Shown here piece after piece: positions 10,280 to 20,063 of a stretch of DNA of 64,000 nucleotides. Each line of letters starts with the position of its first letter. Position 1 is the first letter of the stretch. Below the pieces are notes generated by a model. It was given only the letters and a program-made list of their open reading frames with translations. It was not told where the DNA came from and searched no databases. The translations under genes and the position numbers were made by a program. Source of the DNA: Candidatus Eremiobacteria bacterium. Its GTDB lineage: Bacteria; Vulcanimicrobiota; Vulcanimicrobiia; Vulcanimicrobiales; Vulcanimicrobiaceae. The stretch spans positions 1,088,001-1,152,000 of the forward strand of contig CAVTRC010000001.1 in assembly GCA_963737065.1 (NCBI GenBank), in the 5' to 3' direction.

Positions 10280-10708
10280 CTAGGCCGACTTCCGGAGCCG
10301 GCGGGCCTCGGCAAGATCGATCAGGTTCAGGGGTGGAGCAGCAGCCTGGGCGGTCTCGCGTTCCGGCCCGGCCAGACGGGTGCTGATCCGCGGATTGACC
10401 TTGAAGCGCGGAGGGTAGCCCGGCCGTTTCTCCCGCAAGAGGGCGTTGAGATCGATCAACTCTGTCCGGATGCGTGAGACCTCCCGCACGTTGATACCGG
10501 CCGCCGTGGCGAGGTCTTGCCGCTCGATGTGGACGTAGCCCTCACGGTCGCTGGCATCCAACAGCAGCGCCCAGATAACCGCGGCAGCCTTGGGGTAGCG
10601 GGAGTGCCGGGCGATCCACGCATGCACGGCAGCGTTCTGGGTCGTGTCTATCATTGAGAAACGCCACCGGGGGGTGATGCGCGGCGGTGATATCGTAAGG
10701 CCGGGCAT
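10280..10708 (-). CDS. RepL-like wHTH replication/maintenance protein
   Basis: RQDLATAAGINVREVSRIRTEL HTH followed by FKVNPRIST, which resembles the alphaproteobacterial RepL Y/F-x-x-NP motif (recognised by eye). Confidence 0.6.
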   Translation of the reverse strand: MPGLTISPPRITPRWRFSMIDTTQNAAVHAWIARHSRYPKAAAVIWALLLDASDREGYVHIERQDLATAAGINVREVSRIRTELIDLNALLREKRPGYPPRFKVNPRISTRLAGPERETAQAAAPPLNLIDLAEARRLRKSA

Positions 10709-10840
10709 TGTGGATATCCAGGCACAGTTTGCATCCCGAGTGTCCGGGGATTGCATTTATGCTGGCGAATTTCCGCCAAGTTGAGAAGACATAGAATTTC
10801 AGACAAGAGAAACCCCCTTTTGTAGTTTTCCCCCAAATCG

Positions 10841-11146
10841 GTGGGCAGTTCGGCATCGAATGACGACGCTGGCGACGCCGCAACACGCCTGCTACGGATT
10901 GTGGTGATGGCCGACCTCGCCCGACGCCCGCTGAAGGAAGCGGCAACCGCCCATAGCGGCCCCATCCCGCAATCCTTCCCTCCCGGTTTCATCGGCACGC
11001 TGCCGGAGGGCACACAGTGCACTTGCACCTGCTGTGGCGCATCACTGTGGTGGTTGGATCCACGGCGCGCGACCATCGTGAGATGCGTCGTGTGCTATCC
11101 GCCGCCAGCGGGTGTGGAATGGGTCGAGACCGCGGTGGCTCGGTAA
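10841..11146 (+). CDS. Hypothetical protein with putative Zn ribbon
   Basis: CTCCG..WW and CVVC motifs. Confidence 0.45.
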   Translation: MGSSASNDDAGDAATRLLRIVVMADLARRPLKEAATAHSGPIPQSFPPGFIGTLPEGTQCTCTCCGASLWWLDPRRATIVRCVVCYPPPAGVEWVETAVAR

Positions 11147-11285
11147 CGACGCACGGCGCTAGGGCTTCTTCCCACGCATCCGTTCCAACTGGTCCCACAC
11201 TTCCGCCCGGAGCTCCCCATCGGTGCATTTTTCGGCATCGGAAAAGCTGTTGGTGGCGACGCCGGCGCGTGCGCTATGAAGCGAA

Positions 11286-11342
11286 GGCGCGGCTAGGTCC
11301 GGCCGACCGAAACGCTCTGTCTCCTACCAGGGCTGCCGCGCC
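11286..11342 (+). ncRNA. Putative three-way-junction cis-regulatory RNA
   Basis: Closing stem GGCGCGGC/GCCGCGCC, hairpins GGTC/GACC and GCTCTG/CAGGGC. Loop TCTCCTAC is complementary to downstream GGTAGGA and GTAGGAG. Confidence 0.55.
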
Positions 11343-11381
11343 ACCCTTCAGGTAGGAAGAAGCGCTGTAGGAGGCGCGCCA

Positions 11382-12074
11382 TTGGACCAAGAACGTCTTA
11401 ACGGCGCGGGCCCACTGCCCGAGACCGAACCTGCGCGGGCATCAGGGCAAGCCACAGCGACAGCCTACGCCAGGCTACGGCAGGCCCTCACCGATGCCCG
11501 GAGAGACTATCCGACCGACGATCAACGCCTGGTCCGCGCCGCGCTCAGCCTTCTGGCTGTCCTGAAATTCCTTGAGCACGATGCGACGATTGCCCCGGCA
11601 GGATTAGACCGCGAGCTATGGAACCTATTGGCGGCGGTGAAGGATATCGATGCGGGCGCCGGCTCGACTTGGCTGGATCCACATAAACCCCCACACAAGC
11701 CGCCACTTCGTGTGGCTCAGAAAAGTATCCGCGATACAGCAGCGATTGCCATGCACGAACTTATGGCCGGCGGCCTTCAAAAGGCTGCGGCAGCGCAAAA
11801 AGTTGCCAGATCGATGATTACCGGAAACTTGAAATTGACCAGCGACCGTAAAGGCGGCGTTACGCCTCTTTGGCATAGGGTCGCTGCCTGGCGCGACGAA
11901 CGGCCGCAGCCGCACACGCAAGAGACCGCGTGGCCGGAACTCAGGCTTTGGCGAGCGACCTATAAGCAGGAAACCGGCTGCGACGGGACGCCATCGGGGC
12001 GGGCGGAATATCTTTTGCGCATGTTGCAGGGGGGATTGGTTAAGAAACTGAAATCGAAAAAGACCCCGTCTTAA
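11382..12074 (+). CDS. Hypothetical protein
   Basis: TTG start 7 nt after GGAGG; 230 aa; sits upstream of the AlpA-like gene. Confidence 0.7.
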   Translation: MDQERLNGAGPLPETEPARASGQATATAYARLRQALTDARRDYPTDDQRLVRAALSLLAVLKFLEHDATIAPAGLDRELWNLLAAVKDIDAGAGSTWLDPHKPPHKPPLRVAQKSIRDTAAIAMHELMAGGLQKAAAAQKVARSMITGNLKLTSDRKGGVTPLWHRVAAWRDERPQPHTQETAWPELRLWRATYKQETGCDGTPSGRAEYLLRMLQGGLVKKLKSKKTPS

Positions 12075-12149
12075 TCCGACCGACCGCGCTCTAGCTGATT
12101 AGCCGCGACATGGCGGGGATTGTCCCGCCGCCTCGCGGAGCTCAGTTTC

Positions 12150-12380
12150 ATGTCAGACATCGCTCACGACCCGGACGTGGAGGGGCTGCTCACGTCCGAA
12201 CAGGTCCGCGCCCGGTTCGGCAACATCAGCGAGGTCACACTCGGCCGCTGGTTGAGGGACGCGCGGGTCGCGTTCCCGAGGCCCGACGTTGTCGTCCACT
12301 ACCGCAGGTTCTGGCGCCCGGAAACGATTAGGGCGTTCGAATTACGCTCTGCTCCGCCTCGTGGCGGGGAGGCGGCGTGA
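12150..12380 (+). CDS. AlpA/excisionase-like HTH protein
   Basis: LTSEQVRARFGNISEVTLGRW...FPRP...RRFW. Confidence 0.8.
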   Translation: MSDIAHDPDVEGLLTSEQVRARFGNISEVTLGRWLRDARVAFPRPDVVVHYRRFWRPETIRAFELRSAPPRGGEAA

Positions 12381-12381
12381 A

Positions 12382-12561
12382 ATGCGCTTGCCCTATATCC
12401 TCTTGGACCTGGCCGGGCGTGTTCGGGAATGCCACCCGCTAGCCGCTGAACAGTCGGCGCCGCTCAAGTTTTGCGGCCGCAACGATGTGCTCGCGCTACC
12501 TATCACGTACATCGAGGCGAACGCGCTAGCCGAGATTTCGGCGGAGGCCGACCGTGAGTAA
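12382..12561 (+). CDS. Small hypothetical protein
   Basis: Fills the gap in a tightly packed operon; GGAGG upstream. Confidence 0.45.
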   Translation: MRLPYILLDLAGRVRECHPLAAEQSAPLKFCGRNDVLALPITYIEANALAEISAEADRE

Positions 12562-12907
12562 AGCCTCGCGCGACAAGGGCCAACGCACCGAACGCGGCAT
12601 CGTCGCCAAACACCAAGAACTTGGCGTCACCTGCGAACGCGTCCCGCTCAGCGGTGGCACTCGATACCAAGGTAACGGTGGCGACATCGACATCGAGATC
12701 GCCGGGCGAACACTGCACGGCGAAATCAAGGCGCGCGGCAATGGCGGCGGGTTCGCCACTATCGAACGATGGCTCAGTGGCAATGACCTGTTGTTCCTGA
12801 AACGAGACCGCCAGGAGCCGCTAGTCGTGCTCGCGTGGCGCACTTGGCGAAGTCTCATGCAGGAATTCTCTCACTTCACATCACCAACACATGGAGACAA
12901 CCAGTGA
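12554..12907 (+). CDS. Holliday junction resolvase-like PD-(D/E)XK nuclease
   Basis: SRDKGQRTER...RVPLSG...GDID...EIK. Confidence 0.8.
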   Translation: MSKASRDKGQRTERGIVAKHQELGVTCERVPLSGGTRYQGNGGDIDIEIAGRTLHGEIKARGNGGGFATIERWLSGNDLLFLKRDRQEPLVVLAWRTWRSLMQEFSHFTSPTHGDNQ

Positions 12908-13423
12908 CGCTTTTCACAAAGCGCGCGCGCAGGCGGCCGTTCCTGACGTGCAACAGCAAGGCCAAGACGTTGTGCCACCAGGTGCCGGATTACGATACCG
13001 GCGGTTGGACCGATCAGGTTATCGAGCCGCCGTTCCGGTTCCTCTTTAACTACGGCAACGTCGAGCATGGCGGGACGGTATTCCAGCCGGCGTTCCAACG
13101 GGTGACGGGGCCGTGGTCAGAGCCGTCGATTGAGGGTCCGGACGGCGGGCAGGTACACGATCCTGGCCCCCGTGTATGCACCGGAACTCGGTTATTATGA
13201 TCTCCCGTTCACCGGCGGTTACGGGATCGGCGTCGCTGAGCGTCTGCTGAACGAAATCGAGGCGTCGCCCGAATGCGCCCGGGGCCTTGAGCCGGTAATC
13301 GATTTCACCGGATGGAGAGACAACTCGCCGAAGGGTGGGCCGGGCAAGGGTCAGGTATTCGGTTCGCTGATATTAGTGATCGTTGGCTGGATGCCGCGCC
13401 CACCATTCTTCGAGCCGCGATGA
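12904..13423 (+). pseudogene. Phage-type protein (possibly ssDNA-binding), frameshift near 13150
   Basis: GTG start coupled to the previous stop; continues in another frame and ends IVGWMPRP. Confidence 0.45.
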
Positions 13424-13590
13424 AATCCAGTTCCGAAGCCTATGCAAGCGTTGACGTTCTCCGGCGGCCAGTCGGCGATGGCGTTCAACGAGGCGTCGCT
13501 CGTGCTCGCAGCCGTGCCGTCGAAAGTGGCACCGAAGGGTGGCGGCGAGATCATTGATGACGTCTTGCCGTTCGGTCCGGAGGTGCGGCG

Positions 13591-13893
13591 ATGCCCGACT
13601 TCCTGTTCGAGACGCCACCAACCGAATTGCCGGACATCTTCGATACCTTGTTGAAGGCGTCCTACCGGCTGAGTGGACCGTCCGATGATCAGCAAATGCC
13701 GGGTTCCGAAGAATACCGGTTACTGGCAATGATCGCCGAGCAAGTCGATACCTGGCGGTGTGGCGGCAATTGGGAACAGTCCATTCACGGCGGCCCGTGG
13801 AAGCCTATAGCTGCTGCTTTCCTGCGCAACCTTGCCGAAACGCTAGGCTTGGCAGCCGACATGCTGGACGAAGTTACACCCCCAACCAGGTAA
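13591..13893 (+). CDS. Hypothetical protein
   Basis: GGAGG RBS and ATG; 100 aa. Confidence 0.6.
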   Translation: MPDFLFETPPTELPDIFDTLLKASYRLSGPSDDQQMPGSEEYRLLAMIAEQVDTWRCGGNWEQSIHGGPWKPIAAAFLRNLAETLGLAADMLDEVTPPTR

Positions 13894-13941
13894 GCACTTG
13901 CAAAGAAATCCGGACGGTTGCCGCCGTCCGGAGTAAATTTG

Positions 13942-14586
13942 ATGGAGTTTATCGTGCTCGACTTGAACAACAGTAAAGACCCGCAGGAAGTCAAGCCTAC
14001 ACCCAACGGTGCAGACCCCGAGGAAGCCAGACCTACGCCTAAGACCAGCATCTTCGCAGACTATGACAAGATCAAGCTGCCGGTGGATGACGGCCCCGGA
14101 AGCGGGGTCGTCACGGGACTGGGCACCGTCCCGGTAACCAAGCCAGGCAAGGCGGATTGGGTCATGGTTCACCCGACCGAAAGCACACCGGTCTGCGGAC
14201 TATTCACTGACGGCGACAAGACCTGCTACTTTGTCCTGCCGGGAGTGTTCCCGGTCGTTGCGCAATACGCCTTACACGTAACTTTCCACAAGGCGGTCAC
14301 GGCGCAGCGCAAGGCTTTTATCTGGCCGGTGCCGGTCGTAACCACGGACAATGAGCGGGCGCAGAAGTGGTATCAGTCGCACCGCAATGCCATGGAACAC
14401 GCCAAGACATGCTGGACGCAAATGTATTCGGATCAGCAGATGGGCGGGTATCACTACCGGAAGGCGCCCGGCGATTTGGGACAGCCGTTCTGGCGTCCGG
14501 AAACCCTGCAAGAGATGTTGGAGATCGCCTTCCGCGATAAGATTATCGCCGACATCTCACATCCGATCAACCGCAAGCGAGAGTGA
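13942..14586 (+). CDS. Conserved hypothetical protein of phage/ICE replication modules, C-terminus probably cut at the junction
   Basis: PVTKPGK..VHP, FIWPV and W...[10 protein letters not shown]...HP motifs. Confidence 0.65.
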   Translation: MEFIVLDLNNSKDPQEVKPTPNGADPEEARPTPKTSIFADYDKIKLPVDDGPGSGVVTGLGTVPVTKPGKADWVMVHPTESTPVCGLFTDGDKTCYFVLPGVFPVVAQYALHVTFHKAVTAQRKAFIWPVPVVTTDNERAQKWYQSHRNAMEHAKTCWTQMYSDQQMGGYHYRKAPGDLGQPFWRPETLQEMLEIAFRDKIIADISHPINRKRE

Positions 14587-15103
14587 CAGATTCGAAATGT
14601 ACGGGAAAGGATGTCCGCTGTCGACGGCAAGCGGCGTCAGCACGGGAAAGAGACGGTCGTCGAACGTACGCTCGAGCGCCAGTTGCGTTTCTTCGTCGAG
14701 TTCGCCAACGCGCACCACGCGAATTCCGTGCGTTTCGAGTGCGGGCAGCAGTTCTTCGGAAAGCAGCGGCATTTGTTTTGCAAGCGACTGACGCAAGACG
14801 ATCGGAGATTGCGGCGAGATGCTCGGCCGGCATGCGGCCGTCTTCCGAGCGGCGCACCACCTGCGCTTCAATTTGTTGTTTGATCGCGGCGACGCGGATC
14901 ATGAAGAACTCGTCGAGATTCGTCCCAAAGATTGCGACGAACTTCAAGCGCTCGAAGAGCGGCGTACTCCGGTCGAGAGCTTCTTCCAGCACGCGATCGT
15001 TGAACTCGAGCCACGAAAGCTCCCGGCTGAAGAATAGCTGAGGGTCGTCGAGCGCGGGTGGCACCGCGGTCTGGGCAGCCAAAACATCGCGCTGGGTGAG
15101 CAT
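14567..15103 (-). pseudogene. ppk1: Polyphosphate kinase 1, 5' fragment only (frameshift near 14790, truncated)
   Basis: [27 protein letters not shown] and [20 protein letters not shown]. Confidence 0.93.
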
Positions 15104-15142
15104 GCGATAAGATTCTCCGAGCCGGCGCGAAACACTAGCGCA

Positions 15143-15739
15143 ATGTGGCCAAGCATTCTGCAGCATGCCTGGCGCCATGCGGTCCTCAGCGTCGACGCAC
15201 TCGCGTCCGCTGCGGTGCTTGGGTGCGCGCTTGGGATTGCCGCGTGGTCGTGGTCGGCGGTGCGAGGATTGGCGCTCGGTGCGGCGGCGCTCGGACGAAC
15301 GATCCCCAGTATCGCTTTGCTGATGCTGTTGATCCCGGTGCTCGGTGTGGGCATTGCGCCCGCGATCGTGGCGCTCACGCTGCTCGCGCTTCCACCGATC
15401 GTCGTCAACGTTGACGTCGCTCTTCGCGAAGTTTCGCCGGCAGTACTCGATGCGGCATCCGGCCTCGGCATGACGCCGTTGCAGCGGTTCACGCGCGTTA
15501 GCGTGCCGCTCGCGCTTCCCGTCGCTATCTCCGGCGTTCGGACGGCGAGCGTTGAAGTTATCGGAAGCGCAACCCTCGCAACGTTTATCGGCGCGGGTGG
15601 GCTGGGTGACGACATCGTACGCGCGCTGCAAACAAGCGATGTCGAACTGCTTCTTGCGGCAACCGTAACGGTCGCCGCTTTGGCGTTCGCGGCGGAATTT
15701 CTTTTGGCGCGCGTGGCCGCACGCGCCGAGGTGCGCTAG
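15143..15739 (+). CDS. OpuC/Osm-family ABC transporter permease
   Basis: [17 protein letters not shown] (EAA loop), IGAGGLG. Confidence 0.9.
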   Translation: MWPSILQHAWRHAVLSVDALASAAVLGCALGIAAWSWSAVRGLALGAAALGRTIPSIALLMLLIPVLGVGIAPAIVALTLLALPPIVVNVDVALREVSPAVLDAASGLGMTPLQRFTRVSVPLALPVAISGVRTASVEVIGSATLATFIGAGGLGDDIVRALQTSDVELLLAATVTVAALAFAAEFLLARVAARAEVR

Positions 15740-16615
15740 ATGATCGTTTCGCGCGCGCGCGCCCTCGCACTGCTCGGGTCGTCTGCGTTTTTGGCATCGT
15801 GCGGGTCGCGCGAGTCGGTCAACGTCGGTTCGAAGAATTTCACGGAATCGATCGTCATCGGAGAAATTTACGCGCAGGCGCTCGAACGCGCGGGATATCG
15901 CGTGCAGCGCCGCTTGAATCTCGGCTCGACCGAAATCATGCTCGCGGCGATGCACCGCGGCGACATCGATCTCTATCCGGAATACACGGGCACCGCGTTG
16001 ATCGACGTCCTTCATCATGCGCCGCTGGCGGATCCGCGCGCCATCTTCGAGATCGTGCAACGCGAGTTCGCGCAACGCTACGATCTACGATGGCTTCGCG
16101 CCTCACCGATGAACGACTCGCAAGCACTCGCGACAACGGCGCGGATTGCCGCGAATTACGATCTTCGCACGCTCTCGGATCTGGCGCCCCTTGCGAGCCG
16201 GCTGCGCCTCGCGACGATTCCTGAATTCGTAACGCGTCCAGACGGTCTGCCCGGATTGCAGCGCTTCTACGGCGGATTTCGTTTCGCGAACGTACGCACG
16301 TACGATATCGCGTTGAAATACCAGGCTTTGCTCGGCGGTGAGGCCGACGTGGCGACCGCGTTCACCACCGACGGCGCGATTCCGACCAACCATCTCGTCG
16401 TGCTGGAAGACGACAAGCATCTGTGGCCGCCGTATAACGTCGCGCCGGTGTTGCGCGCTGCCACGGCATCCGATGTAAAACTCGTCTCTGCACTCGACTC
16501 GGTCTCGCCGCATATAACGAGCGCCGCCGCAGCGCAGATGAACGCGCAGGTCGAGGATCGCCAGCAAGATCCGGCCGACGTCGCGGCGGCATTTCTGCGA
16601 AACGTGCGCGCGTGA
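15740..16615 (+). CDS. Betaine/choline/ergothioneine-family ABC substrate-binding lipoprotein
   Basis: Lipobox LASC; GSKNFTE, PEYTGT, RPDG and PPY. Confidence 0.9.
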   Translation: MIVSRARALALLGSSAFLASCGSRESVNVGSKNFTESIVIGEIYAQALERAGYRVQRRLNLGSTEIMLAAMHRGDIDLYPEYTGTALIDVLHHAPLADPRAIFEIVQREFAQRYDLRWLRASPMNDSQALATTARIAANYDLRTLSDLAPLASRLRLATIPEFVTRPDGLPGLQRFYGGFRFANVRTYDIALKYQALLGGEADVATAFTTDGAIPTNHLVVLEDDKHLWPPYNVAPVLRAATASDVKLVSALDSVSPHITSAAAAQMNAQVEDRQQDPADVAAAFLRNVRA

Positions 16616-17388
16616 GCGGTTCATCGATTCAGTTCAAACGCGTCGGCGCACGATACCCGCACGCCGACCGCGACGCCGTCAACGATATCAATCTCGAAAT
16701 AGACGCCGGAGAGTTCGTCACGCTCGTCGGTCCGTCGGGGTGCGGCAAAACGACGCTGCTGCGCACGGTGAACCGGCTCGTTCCGCTCACGACCGGCACG
16801 ATCTTACTCGACGGCACCGATATCGCGGCGCTCGATCCGATCGCCGTGCGACGGAGTATCGGGTACGCGATTCAGGCGACGGGTCTTTTCCCGCATATGA
16901 ATGTTGCGCAGAACATCGGCGTGGTTCCGTCGCTTCTGCGCTGGCCGCGTGCCGACGTCGACGCGCGCGTTGACGAGATGCTGGAACTCGTGCGTCTCGA
17001 TGCGTCGCGCTACCGCAGCCGTCGTCCACGCGAACTTTCGGGCGGCGAAGCGCAACGGGTCGGCGTCGCACGCGCGCTCGCCGCGCGCCCGCGAGCGCTG
17101 CTGATGGACGAGCCGTTCGGCGCGCTTGACGCGATCGTGCGGCGCGATCTGCAAACCGAGCTCTTGCGGATCGTCCGCGACGTCGGATCGACGACGATTT
17201 TCGTGACGCACGACGTGAACGAGTCGCTTCATCTCGCCGATCGCGTCGTCGTGCTCAATGGCGGACATATCGAGCAAGTCGCTACGCCGATCGGCATCTT
17301 GCGCGAGCCGGCGACGCCGTTCGTTGCGCAACTCTTTGCGCCGGACGACGTTATCGCGCGCCTTCGCAGCAATGCCGGCCGCGCGTGA
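16612..17388 (+). CDS. ABC transporter ATP-binding protein
   Basis: GPSGCGKT, LSGGE and LMDEPFGALD; no CBS tail. Confidence 0.95.
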   Translation: MSGSSIQFKRVGARYPHADRDAVNDINLEIDAGEFVTLVGPSGCGKTTLLRTVNRLVPLTTGTILLDGTDIAALDPIAVRRSIGYAIQATGLFPHMNVAQNIGVVPSLLRWPRADVDARVDEMLELVRLDASRYRSRRPRELSGGEAQRVGVARALAARPRALLMDEPFGALDAIVRRDLQTELLRIVRDVGSTTIFVTHDVNESLHLADRVVVLNGGHIEQVATPIGILREPATPFVAQLFAPDDVIARLRSNAGRA

Positions 17389-17999
17389 CCTATCTCCAAA
17401 CGCACGCCGCGCGCGTACTCTCTCTGCTCGGCGCACATGTCGAACTCGTTGCGGTCGCTCTGGTCGCCGCACTCGCCATCGCGCTGCCGCTCGGAATCCT
17501 TGCCGCGCGCGCAAAACGGCGCGCCTCGCTGCTGCTTGGAACGCTCGGCGCGATCTATACGATCCCGAGCCTCGCGCTGCTGGCGCTATTGGTCCAAGCC
17601 GTTGGCCTCGGTCCGCTGCCGATCTTCATTGCGCTCGTTGCCTATGCGCAGTTCATGCTCGTTCGCAACGTCGTCGCGGGGATCGACGGCGTCGATCCGG
17701 CGATCCGCGACGCGGCGCTCGGACTCGGCATGTCGCCGAGACAATCGCTCTTGCGCGTGGAATTGCCGCTCGCCGCGCCGGTGATGTTAGCCGGCGCACG
17801 CATTGCAGCGATCGCGATGGTTGCGCTTGCAACGCTGGGCGGCTATGTCGGCGGCGGTGGATTGGGCACGCTGATATTCACCGGCCTGGCACTGCATCAC
17901 AACGACGAAATCGTCGCGGGAAGCATCGCCGTCTCGGCGCTCGCCATCGCGATCGACCTCGCGCTGCGTGCGGTAGAGCGGCTATGGATGAAGATATGA
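17385..17999 (+). CDS. ABC transporter permease
   Basis: YTIPSLAL, DAALGLGMS and GGGGLG. Confidence 0.9.
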   Translation: MTYLQTHAARVLSLLGAHVELVAVALVAALAIALPLGILAARAKRRASLLLGTLGAIYTIPSLALLALLVQAVGLGPLPIFIALVAYAQFMLVRNVVAGIDGVDPAIRDAALGLGMSPRQSLLRVELPLAAPVMLAGARIAAIAMVALATLGGYVGGGGLGTLIFTGLALHHNDEIVAGSIAVSALAIAIDLALRAVERLWMKI

Positions 18000-20036
18000 A
18001 TTCATCCAATCGGCCATGATATGCAGGCGTTCGACGCGGTGGATGGGGGCGCCGGTCCGGTTGAGGTCGTGCGTTTCACCGGGCACGTCGACGAAGGTGA
18101 TCTTTTGTCCGAGGATCTTGAGCAGTGTGAACCAGGTGATCGTTTGATCCGCGGGCGTGCGCGTGTCGAGTTCGGAGTGCAGGATCATCATCGGCGTATG
18201 CACGTTTTTGACGTAGTTGATCGGCGACATCGTCTGCCAGAGGCTCGTCATGTCCCATGGATTGCCCCACTGATAGAACCCGCCCAGACCGTTCTTGGAC
18301 GCGAAATCCGCGCCGTTGTTCTCGGTCACGAGATTATCGACGACGCGCTCGGCGATTGCGGTCTTATACCGATCCGTGTGAGAAACGACCCAAAGCGTCG
18401 CATACCCGCCATACGATCCGCCGGTCACGGCGAGGCGCGACGGATCGACTTCCGGCCGCTTCACCGCTTCGTCCATCACCGCTTGCACGTCGTCGAACAT
18501 CGCGTCACCGTAACTTTTTGTGAGCGCGGCTTCGAAGGGATAGCCGAAACCGACGCTTCCGCGCGGATCGGAAAAGACGACGTTGTATCCAAGTCCCGCC
18601 CAGTATTGAAACTCATGGAAGAACGTGTCGCCGAACTGGGTCTCCGGGCCGCCGTGAATGTCGAGCAGCGTGGGGTGCGGTGCTTTGCCGGTTAACGCGG
18701 GCATCAACCACGCATGAACGGTGAATCCGGCCGAATCTTTCACCGCGAACGCCTGCGGCACCGAAAGCGTTACGTCGCGCAAATATGCCTCGTTCACGCG
18801 CGTTAGCTGCCGCGGTGCGCCGCCGGGAATATCGACGACGTAGACGTCGGCGGGATGCATAAAATCGCTGTAGAGATACGCGGCGCGCTTGCCGTCGCTC
18901 GAGAGCGAACATGAGAACGCTTCACCGCGCGGCGGGGTAAGATCGCTCACCTGACCGTTCTCGAGATCGAGATATCGCAGATTCGAGTATCCCGGGCCAT
19001 CGGCGTTGATGACGGCGCGCTTTTCGTCGGGAAACAGGTCACCGCACGCGCCACCGCCTTCTTTCATATCGGCGAGCAATGCATCGCCGAACGAAAAGGC
19101 GTTAACGGGGACGAACTCGCGCATGCCCGAGCCGTCGAAATTTGCCCACCGCATCGCTTGATACTCCGCGGGATCCGTTACATCGCCCGCACCGTAAATC
19201 AACCGGTTCGTTCGCCGTGAAACAAACAGCAAGTTGTTCGACGGCTTGTCGGAGGGCATCTTCGATAACGCTCCGCCCTCGGCGGAAACCGTGTAAACGT
19301 CGTTCGGGCCGCCGTCGACCGCATCGTATCGCAACGAGTTGAACACAAGCGTTCGTCCGTCCGCAGACCACGCGTAATTGTTTTCCCCCCACTGCCCGTT
19401 GGTAATTTGACGAACGCCGGAGCCATCGGCGTTCATCGTCCAAATATGCGGATGTTTATCGTAGACGAAGCCTTCACCGTTGAATTCATAGAAGAGTTCA
19501 TTGATGGTGCGAATATCGCTCCTCTTCTCGTCTTTCGCCGGCGTAAATCCGGCTTTCGCGAAATCGATCCGTGCGTTCGGCGCCGGATCCGTGTCGACCA
19601 CGGTGAAGGCGATGTGTTTGCCGTCGCGCGAGGGAACCGGACCGCTCGCGCCGTTTTTTACGTTGCTGATCTTCGCGATTTTCGCCGTCGCAACGTCGTA
19701 GCGGAAGATCTGCGGTCGTTTCTTCGCGGGCGTCCGCACGAAATAGACGTACTTTGAATCCGGCGACCACGCGATGTCGCCGTCCGTCGTGCCTCGTGTC
19801 GCATCGATCGTCGTCGCACGCGCAACGTCGACCAACAGGATCGTCGAATCGTAGGTATCCTTGGGACCGTTCATTCGTCGCCGCACGACCGCGACATGCG
19901 CTCCATCGGGTGCAATGAGCGCCTGCTCCAACAGATTCAAATGAAAGAGATCTTCCGCAGCAACAGGGCGCGCGGCAGCCGCGACGGGCGCAGCAAAAAT
20001 CGCTGCGGCGACAGCGAGCGTCACAAAGCACTTCAT
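17982..20036 (-). CDS. Secreted S9 (acylaminoacyl) peptidase
   Basis: Signal peptide, beta-propeller, HGGP, GGSYGG, D and H of the triad. Confidence 0.93.
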   Translation of the reverse strand: MKCFVTLAVAAAIFAAPVAAAARPVAAEDLFHLNLLEQALIAPDGAHVAVVRRRMNGPKDTYDSTILLVDVARATTIDATRGTTDGDIAWSPDSKYVYFVRTPAKKRPQIFRYDVATAKIAKISNVKNGASGPVPSRDGKHIAFTVVDTDPAPNARIDFAKAGFTPAKDEKRSDIRTINELFYEFNGEGFVYDKHPHIWTMNADGSGVRQITNGQWGENNYAWSADGRTLVFNSLRYDAVDGGPNDVYTVSAEGGALSKMPSDKPSNNLLFVSRRTNRLIYGAGDVTDPAEYQAMRWANFDGSGMREFVPVNAFSFGDALLADMKEGGGACGDLFPDEKRAVINADGPGYSNLRYLDLENGQVSDLTPPRGEAFSCSLSSDGKRAAYLYSDFMHPADVYVVDIPGGAPRQLTRVNEAYLRDVTLSVPQAFAVKDSAGFTVHAWLMPALTGKAPHPTLLDIHGGPETQFGDTFFHEFQYWAGLGYNVVFSDPRGSVGFGYPFEAALTKSYGDAMFDDVQAVMDEAVKRPEVDPSRLAVTGGSYGGYATLWVVSHTDRYKTAIAERVVDNLVTENNGADFASKNGLGGFYQWGNPWDMTSLWQTMSPINYVKNVHTPMMILHSELDTRTPADQTITWFTLLKILGQKITFVDVPGETHDLNRTGAPIHRVERLHIMADWMNSYLHP

Positions 20037-20063
20037 CCTGCGCGCCTTCGCGCGCCGCCCGGG

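Larger units (their letters stand above)
1..14567. mobile_element. Phage-derived or satellite-like element (partial, many frameshifts)
   Basis: Contains a large terminase, XRE regulators, AlpA-like HTH, resolvase-like nuclease, RepL-like protein and many small hypothetical ORFs. No integrase or att site is visible. Confidence 0.7.

Noticed and set aside
11286..11342. tRNA or hammerhead ribozyme
   Set aside because: Too short for a tRNA, with no T-loop or CCA. It has GAAA but lacks the CUGAnGA core.
14560..14575. Prophage att site in ppk1
   Set aside because: No integrase or repeat, and genes are cut on both sides.
14567..16075. 502-aa ORF as a ppk1 fusion
   Set aside because: The N-terminal part is antisense to the ABC genes; the real start is ATG 15103.
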